From an uncultured virus (IMG/VR IMGVR_UViG_3300013119_000533) (lineage: Duplodnaviria > Heunggongvirae > Uroviricota > Caudoviricetes): DNA of 64,000 nucleotides. Each line of letters starts with the position of its first letter. Positions within the stretch are counted from its first letter, which is position 1. Both the position numbers and the translations under genes were made by a program. The stretch is taken from IMG/VR virus record IMGVR_UViG_3300013119_000533, positions 1 to 64,000 of that record, one strand, 5' to 3'. The notes under the pieces were generated by a model. The model worked only from the letters and a program-made list of their open reading frames with translations, did no database searches and was not told the origin of the DNA. Shown here in pieces: positions 9,728 through 19,956 of the stretch.

Positions 9728-11941
9728 TTATAACCTCTTTATTGCATTGAGTCCATCGACCACCATTTGACCTGCATCCCTCTCTTTCATAGATAGTTTC
9801 AAATCCGACTTTTTTGCTGCGATTTCGGCAACGATCTCTGTGATACCTTTTATCATCGTGGCCAAGGCGCCGTCTGCTTTAGCAGCATAAAACACATCAT
9901 TCTTATCAAAAACGGGGGTCATATAATTGCGAGCAATGTTTGGAGTTGCCATAACTGGTCCCAGTGATTGGGCTGAATTTGAATCCTCAGTTGGGGCAGC
10001 TTGGTTTGTCCCTCTCCTCGCAACCGAACTAGCACTGAACTGTAAATCCGTACGTGCTTCGTTCTTGCCTGCCTTTACGTTGGATTTGCTTGAACCGCGA
10101 ACCTTAGTGCCGCCAGGAAGTTTTAAGTTTGCATTGGCAACTGTTCCTTCCATCCTTTTTTGAATTTCATTTAAATTATCGGGACCTTTTTTGGTGCTGC
10201 CTCCTTTTGTTGGCCACTTCTTTTCACGTTCGTCCTGTATTCTTTTTTCACGCTCTTCTCCACTGGTACCAGCGAAGCTTGCGCCTGCGCCCATGCCAAT
10301 AACTGTGCCAATTTGAGCCGCCGAGCCGAGCCCGAAAGTGTTCATAGCCATACCCATCATTATGCTCGAAAACAGAGCAATGTTATCAGTGAAAAAACTT
10401 ATCATGCCCACGACGACATTTGTTAACTCCATCAAACCCTTCTCCCCGCCAATGGCATTGACGAGCATTCTAATCGCCTGCTCCATTGCGGCGTCTATCT
10501 TTGTAGCGACTGACAACTGGTCTGCGATCTCTGATTGGGTTCCTTGCATATCTGTCGCCACTGCATCAAGACCCTCCCTGTCACTCTCTAAAAGATCAGC
10601 TTCGGCGTCCATAAACTGCTTCAATTTTGCGACGTCACCGCCGAAACCCAATGTTGGTTCTTTTGCAAGTGCTCGCAATTCTCTTGCACTAAGTTCCTTG
10701 ATCGATCTCCCTTCCTTAGCAAGGGAATCCATGATCACTTTTCTCTTTTCTGCTGGAGATTCAGCTGCTAGTAAGGCTTGAGCACTGACAAGAGGAGCAC
10801 CGAAAGCAATATTGATGCTTTGGGCGAACTTTGCGGCGCCTTCAAATGTATCCATATTTTCATTCATTTGCAACAACTGGTTAACCTCTATTCCCAGTTT
10901 CGCTGCCATAAATGCTGTGTCTTTGAATATCCTGCGGCCCAGTTCTGCCTCGAACCTGGCCAGAATCGGTTGGGCGTTCTTAAAATCTTGTGCCATCTCT
11001 TGTGGAGGGCGCCCCAGTGCTCTGGCTACGCCTGCAAGGTTGAATAGAAGATCTTTTGCCTGTTCTGGTGTTTGTCCCAGTGCCTTAACTTGAGTTCCAA
11101 TAATCTGCGCCTGAGTGTCCATAGACACCCCTAGTTTGCTCAATGTACCTATACCAGCTGTCAATGCAACCAGTTGAGAGTCCTCTCCTGTGGTCAATTC
11201 CGAGAACGATAAAAAATTCTCTTTAAGAGAAGATGCAGCTTCGGCAGCAACTCCTTCGAGATTTGTACCTATTTGACCCATTGCGGCAGCTGCTTCACCA
11301 ACATTTAACTGCTCTCTAGTGATTTGGGACCTTTGGAAGAGTGCTGCGCGTGCTTTGTCCATCCGCAACATTGTTTCAAACATTTTAGCGGTAATTGCAA
11401 CTAGAACGTTTTGCCACTGCATTGTTTCCGCAATACCTTTGGTGAACCCTTCTAATAGACCTTTGCCTGATAAATTCTCCCAACCTTTTGATAATCCAAA
11501 GGTAGCTTGCAACAACCTCTCGGCAGCTGCTTCACCTTTAGCTAATCCTTTATCGTAGTCTTCTTGAAGTTTGACTATTTTCTTGATTTCTTTATATCTC
11601 TTTCTGGCGGTTTCAAGTTCCTTTTCATCTACCTCATCCTGCGTGACCATAAACTCAATCTTTCTTTTTAGATCATATGCCTCTTGGCCCAAGAGTTCTA
11701 GTTTCTTCTTTTCAAGATCGATAACGCCTTCTATCTTATCTTTCTGTTCTGATAAGAGTCTATCTATGTCTTGGTATCTTTTTGAAAGTTCTTCTACACT
11801 TACTTTTCGGACATCAACTAATTGATCGCCCATCACTTCGGTAATTGCCTCAAGTAGTGTTTGGGCAAGTGCTGGATCTATTCTAGAGTTTGCAGCAGCT
11901 GCTTTGAGTTGCTCTATAAGTCTTTTACCCTGATCGCTCAT
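9728..11941 (-). CDS. tape measure-like protein 2
   Basis: 737 aa, helical, Ala/Gly/Leu/Met-rich; MDTFEGAAKFAQSINIAFG; TMP position; paralog of the upstream gene. Confidence 0.7.
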   Translation of the reverse strand: MSDQGKRLIEQLKAAAANSRIDPALAQTLLEAITEVMGDQLVDVRKVSVEELSKRYQDIDRLLSEQKDKIEGVIDLEKKKLELLGQEAYDLKRKIEFMVTQDEVDEKELETARKRYKEIKKIVKLQEDYDKGLAKGEAAAERLLQATFGLSKGWENLSGKGLLEGFTKGIAETMQWQNVLVAITAKMFETMLRMDKARAALFQRSQITREQLNVGEAAAAMGQIGTNLEGVAAEAASSLKENFLSFSELTTGEDSQLVALTAGIGTLSKLGVSMDTQAQIIGTQVKALGQTPEQAKDLLFNLAGVARALGRPPQEMAQDFKNAQPILARFEAELGRRIFKDTAFMAAKLGIEVNQLLQMNENMDTFEGAAKFAQSINIAFGAPLVSAQALLAAESPAEKRKVIMDSLAKEGRSIKELSARELRALAKEPTLGFGGDVAKLKQFMDAEADLLESDREGLDAVATDMQGTQSEIADQLSVATKIDAAMEQAIRMLVNAIGGEKGLMELTNVVVGMISFFTDNIALFSSIMMGMAMNTFGLGSAAQIGTVIGMGAGASFAGTSGEEREKRIQDEREKKWPTKGGSTKKGPDNLNEIQKRMEGTVANANLKLPGGTKVRGSSKSNVKAGKNEARTDLQFSASSVARRGTNQAAPTEDSNSAQSLGPVMATPNIARNYMTPVFDKNDVFYAAKADGALATMIKGITEIVAEIAAKKSDLKLSMKERDAGQMVVDGLNAIKRL

Positions 11942-14565
11942 GCACTGCCCCCATTAATGGCATAGACCCTACTTCCAACCTCTAATGAGACTGAAGGGTC
12001 TATGTCTCTTAGTTTAATTAGACCTTTCCGTAAATTATCTAACTGCTCCAAAAGCACGCCGTCATGTTTTGAGTTCTCAAACTTTGCCTTCTTCATCGGA
12101 ACTGGACTCATGGCAGTTAAGGTATCCTCGAACCCCATCAATTGTGATTGTGTCATCTCTTCAGCAACAAACTCCCCTTTTGCTCTTGCGATATCCTTCG
12201 GGGACATGCCAGACTTCTTCATGTGCTGTTCATCCAACTTCAATTTCATACTTCCGTCTTCAATCCCCATCTTTACAAACATCGGAACAAGGACGTTGTC
12301 GGCGAAGGCGTGCCCAATACTAGACGAAGCGAGCAATCGACCAATGTAACTTCCCAGGAGACCACCTGCCATATAAGCAAGAGGTGTCAAGGCGACACCG
12401 AGACCAGGAGCAACATTTGCTAGTTGCACAATCCAACCGCCTGCCATGCCACCCAACCATCCGCCGAGAGCACCTGCAACTGCCTCTAGTACCCCTCTGG
12501 CTTTACCTTTCACATCCAAAGTATCATCATTCAGAACCATTGCAGACTCACCTATTGCAAAAAGGGTTTCAACAATTGGGTACTTAGCGAGGGCAGCGAG
12601 CATTTTGCTGTTTGCTAATGCTTCACCCAACTTTGATCCATATTTAGCAAGAAGTCCACCGCCCGATTTCGCTCCCGCTTCGACTGCTTCGCCTGCAACA
12701 GTAGCTCCTATACTTGATGCTGCGCCTTTCGCGACATCATCAATACCACCTGCGGCCGATCCGGCTACCGAAGATGCGGCTTGAGTGGCTGCCTCGACGC
12801 ACCCTGCTGCGCCTTTTGCTGTACCTGCTGCCCTTGCTGCGGCGAGCTGAGCCTTAAGTGTACCAATTTGTAACTTCATCCTTGGTATTCGCACGAAGTT
12901 ATCGAATTTTGATTTCATGTATGCTGCGCTAACTGCCATCCCTGCCAAGGCAAGTGCTGGTATAGTTATCTTGGCATGCCTGGCCAAGAATCCGACCGTT
13001 TTGGCAATAGCTGGCATGTGCTTGTTGATCTGGTTGTTAAGTTTTTGGATCAGTTCTGCCATTGCAGCATCGATTCGCTTGCTTTGGTCTAGTGTTTTTT
13101 CTGTATCCTTCTTAATCTCTTCATCCGTTGCTGCTTCGTCTAGATTAGCTACCTTAGCATCAAAATCTGCGAATTGCCCTCTAACTATCTTTTGAAAGTT
13201 TTCTGCACTCACCCCTGCAGACCCAAGATAACCCTGCATTGCGCGTTGAACGCGTTGATGTGGTACCCCGAACTGTGCTTCTGCTCTCTGATATGCTTCT
13301 GCAATCAATCTCACCTTGCCAGATGCATCTGCAGCAAGAAGGGCAACCCCATTAACAAAAGATCCGCCCAATAATGAATTTAGTTTGGCAGCTGTCTTCA
13401 GGGCGTTTTCTGATGTGTCCAAATCTTCAGTTAAAGACATCAAATCTTCGATCTTTACATTTGTTGCTCTCGCTGTTGCGGCAAGTCTAGCAAACATTTG
13501 CGGTGCACGTTTCCCGAATCGAGCATATGTTGGTAAAGTTTTAGCAAAGGACCCAAGAGACTCTTTCTGAGTCATCCCATAGTCTTTGCCCATCTTATAA
13601 AGGGCCCTTACTGTATGGTCCATCTCTTCGGCATCCATCCCGATACCCTTTGACATGGCTTGGTATGAACTCCCCATTGCCGTAACAGACACTCCAAGGG
13701 ATTTTAACCTACCAGACATATTGGCCATTCTAACGATCTCTCCAGAGTCTCTAAAATCCTTAAAAACCTTCATCTCGCTTTGAAGATCCGCTAATATTTC
13801 ACCAGCAGCTGCTGGAGACCCAGGACCATACACTGATGCCAACTCTTGGCCAATATCCATCATCTCTGTTGTGAGTCCCGACAATCCAGTCTTCTGATAC
13901 AGTTTTGCTCTTGCTTCATCTACTGCCTTAGCTTGTTCAAACATTTTCGTAAACACAGCAACCAGGATATTTGATGAGTTGACGGTTTTCTTGAGTCCTT
14001 TCCCAAATCCCTTGATCGAACCAATAATGCCGTCTGGGCCTGAAAAGGAATTACTAACGCCGAGGACTGACTGGGTCATCTTTACTGCTATGGATTCGCC
14101 TTTTGCTAGCGACTTCAACATGCTGTCATTTTCGTCTATTTCTTGCTTTAACAGTTTGTACTTTTCTTGTGCTCTTTTGGCAGCTTCTGTGTTCAACTCT
14201 CCAGCTATAGCATATTCTTCTATTTTGCTCTTTATTTTAGACATTTGAGATTGTGCGATCTGCTTCTTTACTTCGGAAGCCTCTTGAGTATCCCACTCCA
14301 GATATTTGCCCGCTTTTTCACTATATTCTTTATCTTTCTTGAATTTCTCTAAGAGATTTCTGAAGTATTCACCTGATGATGTACCTCCAGTGGTGCCTCC
14401 AGATTTTCTTGATAGTATCTTTTCGTATTCGGATATTAAATCACTCAATAGAGCTTGATCAGAATCGGAAATCTCAGGAGAGGTTCCGTCGCCAGGGTTG
14501 TACTCACCCCCTTGTTCGAATTTCTTAAATAATTCTTTTAATTTTTGAGGGTTTATGAATGCCAT
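11938..14565 (-). CDS. tape measure-like protein 1
   Basis: 875 aa, helical, with Gly/Ala-rich hydrophobic C-terminal segments; LDTSENALKTAAKLNSLLGG; downstream of tube and chaperone genes. Confidence 0.75.
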   Translation of the reverse strand: MAFINPQKLKELFKKFEQGGEYNPGDGTSPEISDSDQALLSDLISEYEKILSRKSGGTTGGTSSGEYFRNLLEKFKKDKEYSEKAGKYLEWDTQEASEVKKQIAQSQMSKIKSKIEEYAIAGELNTEAAKRAQEKYKLLKQEIDENDSMLKSLAKGESIAVKMTQSVLGVSNSFSGPDGIIGSIKGFGKGLKKTVNSSNILVAVFTKMFEQAKAVDEARAKLYQKTGLSGLTTEMMDIGQELASVYGPGSPAAAGEILADLQSEMKVFKDFRDSGEIVRMANMSGRLKSLGVSVTAMGSSYQAMSKGIGMDAEEMDHTVRALYKMGKDYGMTQKESLGSFAKTLPTYARFGKRAPQMFARLAATARATNVKIEDLMSLTEDLDTSENALKTAAKLNSLLGGSFVNGVALLAADASGKVRLIAEAYQRAEAQFGVPHQRVQRAMQGYLGSAGVSAENFQKIVRGQFADFDAKVANLDEAATDEEIKKDTEKTLDQSKRIDAAMAELIQKLNNQINKHMPAIAKTVGFLARHAKITIPALALAGMAVSAAYMKSKFDNFVRIPRMKLQIGTLKAQLAAARAAGTAKGAAGCVEAATQAASSVAGSAAGGIDDVAKGAASSIGATVAGEAVEAGAKSGGGLLAKYGSKLGEALANSKMLAALAKYPIVETLFAIGESAMVLNDDTLDVKGKARGVLEAVAGALGGWLGGMAGGWIVQLANVAPGLGVALTPLAYMAGGLLGSYIGRLLASSSIGHAFADNVLVPMFVKMGIEDGSMKLKLDEQHMKKSGMSPKDIARAKGEFVAEEMTQSQLMGFEDTLTAMSPVPMKKAKFENSKHDGVLLEQLDNLRKGLIKLRDIDPSVSLEVGSRVYAINGGSA

Positions 14566-14576
14566 TTAGAAGTCCC

Positions 14577-14885
14577 CTACTTAAAAGGCCAAACTAAACC
14601 CGTATCTCTTTCAAAAGATTTGATTGACCTATCTAACTTGAATTTGTCTTTAAACGTCTTTGGATTGTTTAAACCATATTGAGACAAAGAAGAGAGGTAC
14701 CTTTTTTCGCCTGCAAGCGTCCTGACAAAGGAATCCACCTGTGCTGGTGATCCTTTAACAGATACAGGAAAATATTCACCCGTAAATAGAGCGTCCAAGA
14801 CCATTCTCAACCTTGCGCCCATAGCGACCAAAAAACTTTCGTCGATCTTTGTGAAGTCTATTACAATTGGTTCTTTCTTATTCAT
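14577..14885 (-). CDS. hypothetical protein
   Basis: ORF ending WPFK; start MNKKEP at 14885 with GGAG SD and ACTAATTA motif upstream. Confidence 0.7.
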   Translation of the reverse strand: MNKKEPIVIDFTKIDESFLVAMGARLRMVLDALFTGEYFPVSVKGSPAQVDSFVRTLAGEKRYLSSLSQYGLNNPKTFKDKFKLDRSIKSFERDTGLVWPFK

Positions 14886-14937
14886 AAACGTCTCCATTAG
14901 TAATTAGTTTGGCAAGTCAAAAGAGGATATTGTTTGT

Positions 14938-15124
14938 TTATTTCTTGATCTTTTCAGCTTCCTTGTTCCTTTCTTCAAAGTACTTGGAGAGTCTTTCCAC
15001 AAACCACCTTCTAATGGTTATAGGTAGGTCATAAACATCGAAATAGTTCCAATTACCGTGCTGAACTAGATAAAATATCTGTTCGTGCACATGTAACATA
15101 TAATCAGAGGTCAGGCCAAAAAAA
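14938..15124 (-). CDS. tail assembly chaperone C-terminal extension (gp51-like), probably expressed by frameshift
   Basis: HEQIFYLVQHGNWNYFDVYDLPITIRRWFVERL resembles gp51/GT-type extensions; entered via the T7 run at 15118-15124; no obvious own SD. Confidence 0.65.
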
Positions 15125-15970
15125 CGTCGCCTCCAGGGGTACCTCCGTTTCGGCTTCGGCACCGCAATACATACACTCAAAATCTTCCTTGAGTCTTACA
15201 GTTGGAACAAGGGAAGCATAGTTCTTTCTCAAGAACCTAGAATCTCTCGCTGGCATTTCACCTATCATCTCATTCAAATCAGCTGGGTTTGCGATTTCGT
15301 CAATAGATACAATGATCATCTTTAAGAAGTCCGTCGTATTGGTTTCTGCCAACTTGTTCTTCTTCTTTGATGACATTCTACTGGCCATCCTAGATTCATC
15401 CCTAGACGTCAACAACCTAACAACAACATTTTGCCCTGACATAGGGAGAGTTGTCTCGAAGTGCCCTTGATGATTTGTCTTAAAATTCTCTGACTGTTCA
15501 AACTTCTCAAAATACTTATGATATTCTGATAGGTCAACTGTGATGTCACAGTCTGTATTGCACTCTGGGCAGGTTATCTTTACTTCATAATCAGGCCCAT
15601 ACCCTGTTACTCTTGCAGCGACCATAATTGCTGACTTATCACCGATAAGCAGATCTGCTACCTGAATGCTTTGATCGACCATAATGTTCTGAATGAACTT
15701 ATCAATTGCCACTCCCTTTCTTAAAAGAGCGGGAGATGTTAAGATATCTTCATCCCTGGCTGTCATGAATCTAATCTCAACTGTCTCTTGACCGTGGAGA
15801 GGGTGATTCTGTGGATAAAACAGACCCCTAGACGGCAGTTCGACGAATTCGGTGTTTGCCGTTCTTCTTACTGCTTGTACTGGGGGTTGTGGACTTTGTA
15901 ACTCCTCTGGAGCTGTTTGTTTTTTGGCAGGAGGCGCTTTGCGCGCCATCCTGTTCGAATTTCTACTCAT
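15104..15970 (-). CDS. gp26-like baseplate hub assembly / tail assembly chaperone
   Basis: VELPSRGLFY, MTARDEDILT, LLIGDK...AARVTGYG.DY, CPEC and CMYC Zn pairs, ends FFWPDL; directly after the tube gene. Confidence 0.8.
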   Translation of the reverse strand: MSRNSNRMARKAPPAKKQTAPEELQSPQPPVQAVRRTANTEFVELPSRGLFYPQNHPLHGQETVEIRFMTARDEDILTSPALLRKGVAIDKFIQNIMVDQSIQVADLLIGDKSAIMVAARVTGYGPDYEVKITCPECNTDCDITVDLSEYHKYFEKFEQSENFKTNHQGHFETTLPMSGQNVVVRLLTSRDESRMASRMSSKKKNKLAETNTTDFLKMIIVSIDEIANPADLNEMIGEMPARDSRFLRKNYASLVPTVRLKEDFECMYCGAEAETEVPLEATFFWPDL

Positions 15971-16022
15971 TTAAACCTCACTTTACTAAAACTATTATAA
16001 ACCAAAATAAATATTTTTTTTA

Positions 16023-16649
16023 TTAAACTCCTGGTGCTAATCCAGTAAGTCCTGCCTGTGCGCCTTGCCCAGACTGTTGAACCTGACGAAGTGCGCCCTT
16101 ATCTGAAACGCCCTTAGTATCAAGTCCTGCCCAATCAAATCTCATCGTAAGTTCAACGTTTACAAGATCGTCAGACTCATAATCAAGATCACCAAAGTTA
16201 ACACTCTTAATCCAAGGATTATATAGAGACCAGGTCTCGATCGGAGATCCATTCTCATCAATCGTGTGAATATACACTCTACCACCCACTGCGCTTGTTG
16301 CCTGCTTCTTAGAGAAGGTAACAATATTGCTCGCCTTACCTCTACCCAGAGGGTCATTCAAGAAGTTGTGCGGTGCAACGTAACCAGACAATTCAATCAA
16401 GTCCAACATGGTCTTTGATGCATCTGGATCAACTGGATCAACAAGAGTCATACTGATCTCTTCCCACTCCAATCTCCCAGGGTAATAAAACTTATAGTTA
16501 ATAAAACTATGCTCAGACTCCGATACCGAAAAATTGGGTTTACCCGTTGTCTTCACGATCCACTGCGGGATACCATTAAACGATAACAAAAATCTGTATT
16601 TTCTCTTTGGCTCAATTGAAGCATCTGACCAAAATTTCTGACTTGCCAT
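16023..16649 (-). CDS. tail tube protein (T4 gp19-like)
   Basis: EPKRKYRF, YYPGRLEWEEISMTLVDP, ETWSLYNPWIKSVNFGDLDY...LTMRFDWA; follows sheath. Confidence 0.88.
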   Translation of the reverse strand: MASQKFWSDASIEPKRKYRFLLSFNGIPQWIVKTTGKPNFSVSESEHSFINYKFYYPGRLEWEEISMTLVDPVDPDASKTMLDLIELSGYVAPHNFLNDPLGRGKASNIVTFSKKQATSAVGGRVYIHTIDENGSPIETWSLYNPWIKSVNFGDLDYESDDLVNVELTMRFDWAGLDTKGVSDKGALRQVQQSGQGAQAGLTGLAPGV

Positions 16650-16692
16650 TATAAAAATCCTCCTAACACTATTAAATAGTGTCTATTATTTT

Positions 16693-19600
16693 TTAATCTT
16701 CAAATGATGCACCTGAATTGGTGATCATGAAGTCGATCGCAATGAACTCAATTGCTCTGGCAGGCTTCAAGAAGATCTTTGCGTACATGATATTTCTATC
16801 AATCAAATCTGGTGTCGTTGTTGTCTCATCAAGTACAACCTTGAATTCCGTCAAACCAAATCTAGACTTTACACCGTCCAGGAAAGGTTCTACAGAACCA
16901 CGGAATCTATCCCATGTTGCTTGTACGTTCTGATCGAAAAGCAACGTTGCTGCTCTTCTTGACACCTCTTTCTTGATGTAGATCATCAAGCGACGTACAT
17001 TAATTCTATCAAGTGCTGAAGGCGTTGCTTGAAGCGTCTTCTGACCAAACACCACAATGCCCTCTGCTGGGAACTGCGCGATTGGGTTAATATTCGCCTC
17101 ATATAGATCGTCTCTCTCTTTCGAAGAAACTCTCTGAGATACTGCAAGTACTGGCAGACCGCCAGCACCCTCTGACAATCCACCTCTGGTGAACCCTGCA
17201 GGTGCGAACCATAACTCAGATCTTGCCTGAGTGCTACCAAACGTTCCAAGTGCCACAACTGACGGTGGTACCCAAATCTGTCGGTCGCTGATCTGGTCAG
17301 AGACCTTAACCCAAGGATAGAAAGCACAAGCATAACTTGAGTTCAACCCTCTGTTCTCTATATTGTCAACTGCTGTTCTGACCTTTGAATTCTGAATTCG
17401 GGTCTTGAAGTCATCAGTATTCTCTGTTGATGGAATATAACCGCCTGCCTCGATATCAATGACAGCGAGAGTGTCTGCGCGGTCCTCACACGTTCTAATC
17501 ATGTGATTTGTTATTCTCGTGTTCGTGATGCCTGGGATGGCAAGAGCGTTCATCTCTACCACCTCTGGATCTGCGACAGCGTCGATGCCGCGCTTAAGTG
17601 TCGCGATTTCGTATGCTGTTGTCTCGTCACCAGAAGAGAACTTGGAATTTCTAAATGGTTCCTTCTCCGTAATATCAAAACCATCAAACCCACCATATAC
17701 TGGGCAAGTGAATTTTGCGAACCCTGCCTTAACTAGGTCCTTATATCCACCTCTCTTGGCGGTGTAGGACTTGTTGAGTGCTCTAGATCCACTGACATAT
17801 ACCGCTGTGCCAACATCTACTGGAGTGATTGACCCCTGGTTCTTACCAAGGTTAGATGCCAGAGATCCCGACTTACTTACTATGATAAGGTCATCCAAAG
17901 TGAACATGAATGAATTCTCTACCTTTGCGGATGCTGCAGAGGCGTCATAAACACCTGCGCCCAAGAACCCACTACCCATGCGGCGAGTAATGTCGACGAA
18001 CGAAGGATCGAACTTTGTATCTGTTGGTGTTCTGTATGTCGAAACACCAAAGAATGAGTTCTTCGGATTTGACAGACCCTCTTCAGATGCTGAAAGTCTC
18101 ATTGGTAATGTTGGATAGACCAACGATGCAGTCAATTTCTGTGGGAATCCCAAATAAGGGATGTTCGTACTACCTGCTGACTTGATACCTGTTGCGCTTG
18201 TGCCAGCGACTACGTCTGACGATGCGGCTAAAATAGCGGACCCAGTTGCTGCGCCCATAAATTTACCTTCGCCATTACTTCCAGAATCATGTACGGTAAA
18301 TGCGCCAAATCCAGTTGCAACCTTGGTTTCGCCTGTAGCGATTGTACCCGTCTTGTATCTAGGCGGACCATAGAAACCGAATGGCATACTGATCGGATCG
18401 GTAACACCGTTATCAACATCCTGATCAACCAACACTCTAAAGAATGAAGAGTTGTTGTCATAATTACCGTAAACCCTGTATCTCTTGTCTGTTTCGTCCC
18501 ACTCTCTGTACTTGTCACCGACTTTACGTCCGATATAGTTACTAGAGTTAGGGTTTAGATTACACTGTGAGAATCTCTCCAAAACAACTGGCCTTGCATC
18601 GTTGTCAGAAATTCTTCTGACCAACACTGAAAATGTTCCGTAAGGATCTACGTCATTACCTGCCTTTACATCGGTAATTGAAACTTTTAAGTTTCTGGTG
18701 TTCCACCCACCGTCGTTAATACCAACAAATCTAAACAACTTCTGCATCGCCGCTGCTTTGTATCCAGTACCAATAGCATTTAAATCCTGAGAAAAGATCC
18801 AAGGCGTTCTAGAGTCCTGGTGGGCGATTGCTCTTACCATGCCGCTTGTCGTACTATGAAGAGGTACAATCATAGCGCATAGGGAACTATCAGCAGATAA
18901 CTCGCCTTTGTGAAGCGATCCACTGGTTCCTAAGAATCCGTGCGTGTCTTTAGCAAATCTGTCGAATGACTCTCCCAACCAGTATTTTGTTAATCCTGCT
19001 GCCTGAGTCGTGTCACCGTTTGTCAGTGTAGGGTTCGTGTTGAACACCTTTCTAATATATTTGTCCGAATTTCTATCAAAGTTGAAGGTTACTCTTCTTT
19101 CTGCCTTTGCGCCGTCTGTAAGAAGTGCTGAGAACTCCATTTTTGATGAATCCGTCGATTGTACAAGTACGTGAGAACCAGTGCCGTGGATACGTGCGCC
19201 TGGCCAGTGTGCTTTTTCACCAGCAAGGTGTCCAATGGTGCCCGTCAATGCCATTGCGCCCTTTTGGAAGTACCAAACAGCGGCAAGGTTACCTTCCATT
19301 GCTCTGTTTTGGTTTAGTTTCTCACCTTGTGATGTGATTGAGGCATTTTCCCCAACTAAACTGCTACGTCGGTCAACACCGCCCGTAGAAAAAAGATACA
19401 AACCATAAACTGCTGATTTGGTGTCATCGACAGCAGATGCATCCAAAGACTGATCTAGCGTCCAACCTGCGGCGCCAGCTGAAGTTGCTTGCGGGTCTTC
19501 TGTGCCCAACAATCTAACGACATTAACAGGCCCCGCGTTTTTCAAAAATGCTTGGGCAGCATATGCGGCGTAAGTTGGCGCAGTTTCGTTGCCTTCTCTC

Positions 19601-19815
19601 CAAACATCACCACCCTTACCTCCTGGGATTGGGTTGCCAAACACTTCAATGAATTGTGACATGCTATCGACCCTAAGAGGGATCATACCTGGACCTTTTG
19701 CTAGGCGACCAACGATCGTTGGACCTACGTCCTCTGGCTCTCTTGCCAATTGTGAGTTATCGATCTCATTGAGAAAGATACCTGGGGATACAAATTTAAA
19801 TCTCTTTACAGACAT
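16693..19815 (-). CDS. tail sheath protein (T4 gp18-like)
   Basis: N-terminal FVSPGIFLNEIDNS; C-terminal WFAPAGFTRG, LYEANINPI, VFGQKTLQ, ALDRINVRRL, IEFIAIDF. Confidence 0.95.
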   Translation of the reverse strand: MSVKRFKFVSPGIFLNEIDNSQLAREPEDVGPTIVGRLAKGPGMIPLRVDSMSQFIEVFGNPIPGGKGGDVWREGNETAPTYAAYAAQAFLKNAGPVNVVRLLGTEDPQATSAGAAGWTLDQSLDASAVDDTKSAVYGLYLFSTGGVDRRSSLVGENASITSQGEKLNQNRAMEGNLAAVWYFQKGAMALTGTIGHLAGEKAHWPGARIHGTGSHVLVQSTDSSKMEFSALLTDGAKAERRVTFNFDRNSDKYIRKVFNTNPTLTNGDTTQAAGLTKYWLGESFDRFAKDTHGFLGTSGSLHKGELSADSSLCAMIVPLHSTTSGMVRAIAHQDSRTPWIFSQDLNAIGTGYKAAAMQKLFRFVGINDGGWNTRNLKVSITDVKAGNDVDPYGTFSVLVRRISDNDARPVVLERFSQCNLNPNSSNYIGRKVGDKYREWDETDKRYRVYGNYDNNSSFFRVLVDQDVDNGVTDPISMPFGFYGPPRYKTGTIATGETKVATGFGAFTVHDSGSNGEGKFMGAATGSAILAASSDVVAGTSATGIKSAGSTNIPYLGFPQKLTASLVYPTLPMRLSASEEGLSNPKNSFFGVSTYRTPTDTKFDPSFVDITRRMGSGFLGAGVYDASAASAKVENSFMFTLDDLIIVSKSGSLASNLGKNQGSITPVDVGTAVYVSGSRALNKSYTAKRGGYKDLVKAGFAKFTCPVYGGFDGFDITEKEPFRNSKFSSGDETTAYEIATLKRGIDAVADPEVVEMNALAIPGITNTRITNHMIRTCEDRADTLAVIDIEAGGYIPSTENTDDFKTRIQNSKVRTAVDNIENRGLNSSYACAFYPWVKVSDQISDRQIWVPPSVVALGTFGSTQARSELWFAPAGFTRGGLSEGAGGLPVLAVSQRVSSKERDDLYEANINPIAQFPAEGIVVFGQKTLQATPSALDRINVRRLMIYIKKEVSRRAATLLFDQNVQATWDRFRGSVEPFLDGVKSRFGLTEFKVVLDETTTTPDLIDRNIMYAKIFLKPARAIEFIAIDFMITNSGASFED

Positions 19816-19922
19816 ACTGGAAATCTCCTTATAACGAAAAATTACAAAATATTATTTATTTTCTCTCTATTAAATAGTCTTTGAAAATTCCAAAAGTTAG
19901 TAAAAGAAACAAGAAAAGGAAG

Positions 19923-19942
19923 TGGGGGGCGTGAGCCCCCCA
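19923..19942 (-). terminator. rho-independent terminator
   Basis: Perfect hairpin TGGGGGGC-TCAC-GCCCCCCA followed on the minus strand by CTTCCTTTTCTTGTTTC, just after the fibre gene stop. Confidence 0.8.
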
Positions 19943-19956
19943 TTTAGGTAGGTTTA

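Noticed and set aside
14892..14920. TTGACT as a sigma70 -35 box upstream of 14885
   Set aside because: No -10 hexamer at 16-18 nt spacing; the ACTAATTA motif explains the site better.
9728..19815. Bacterial contractile injection system (eCIS/tailocin) instead of a phage
   Set aside because: Capsid, portal, protease, scaffold and terminase genes are in the same gene array, so this is a head-tail phage.
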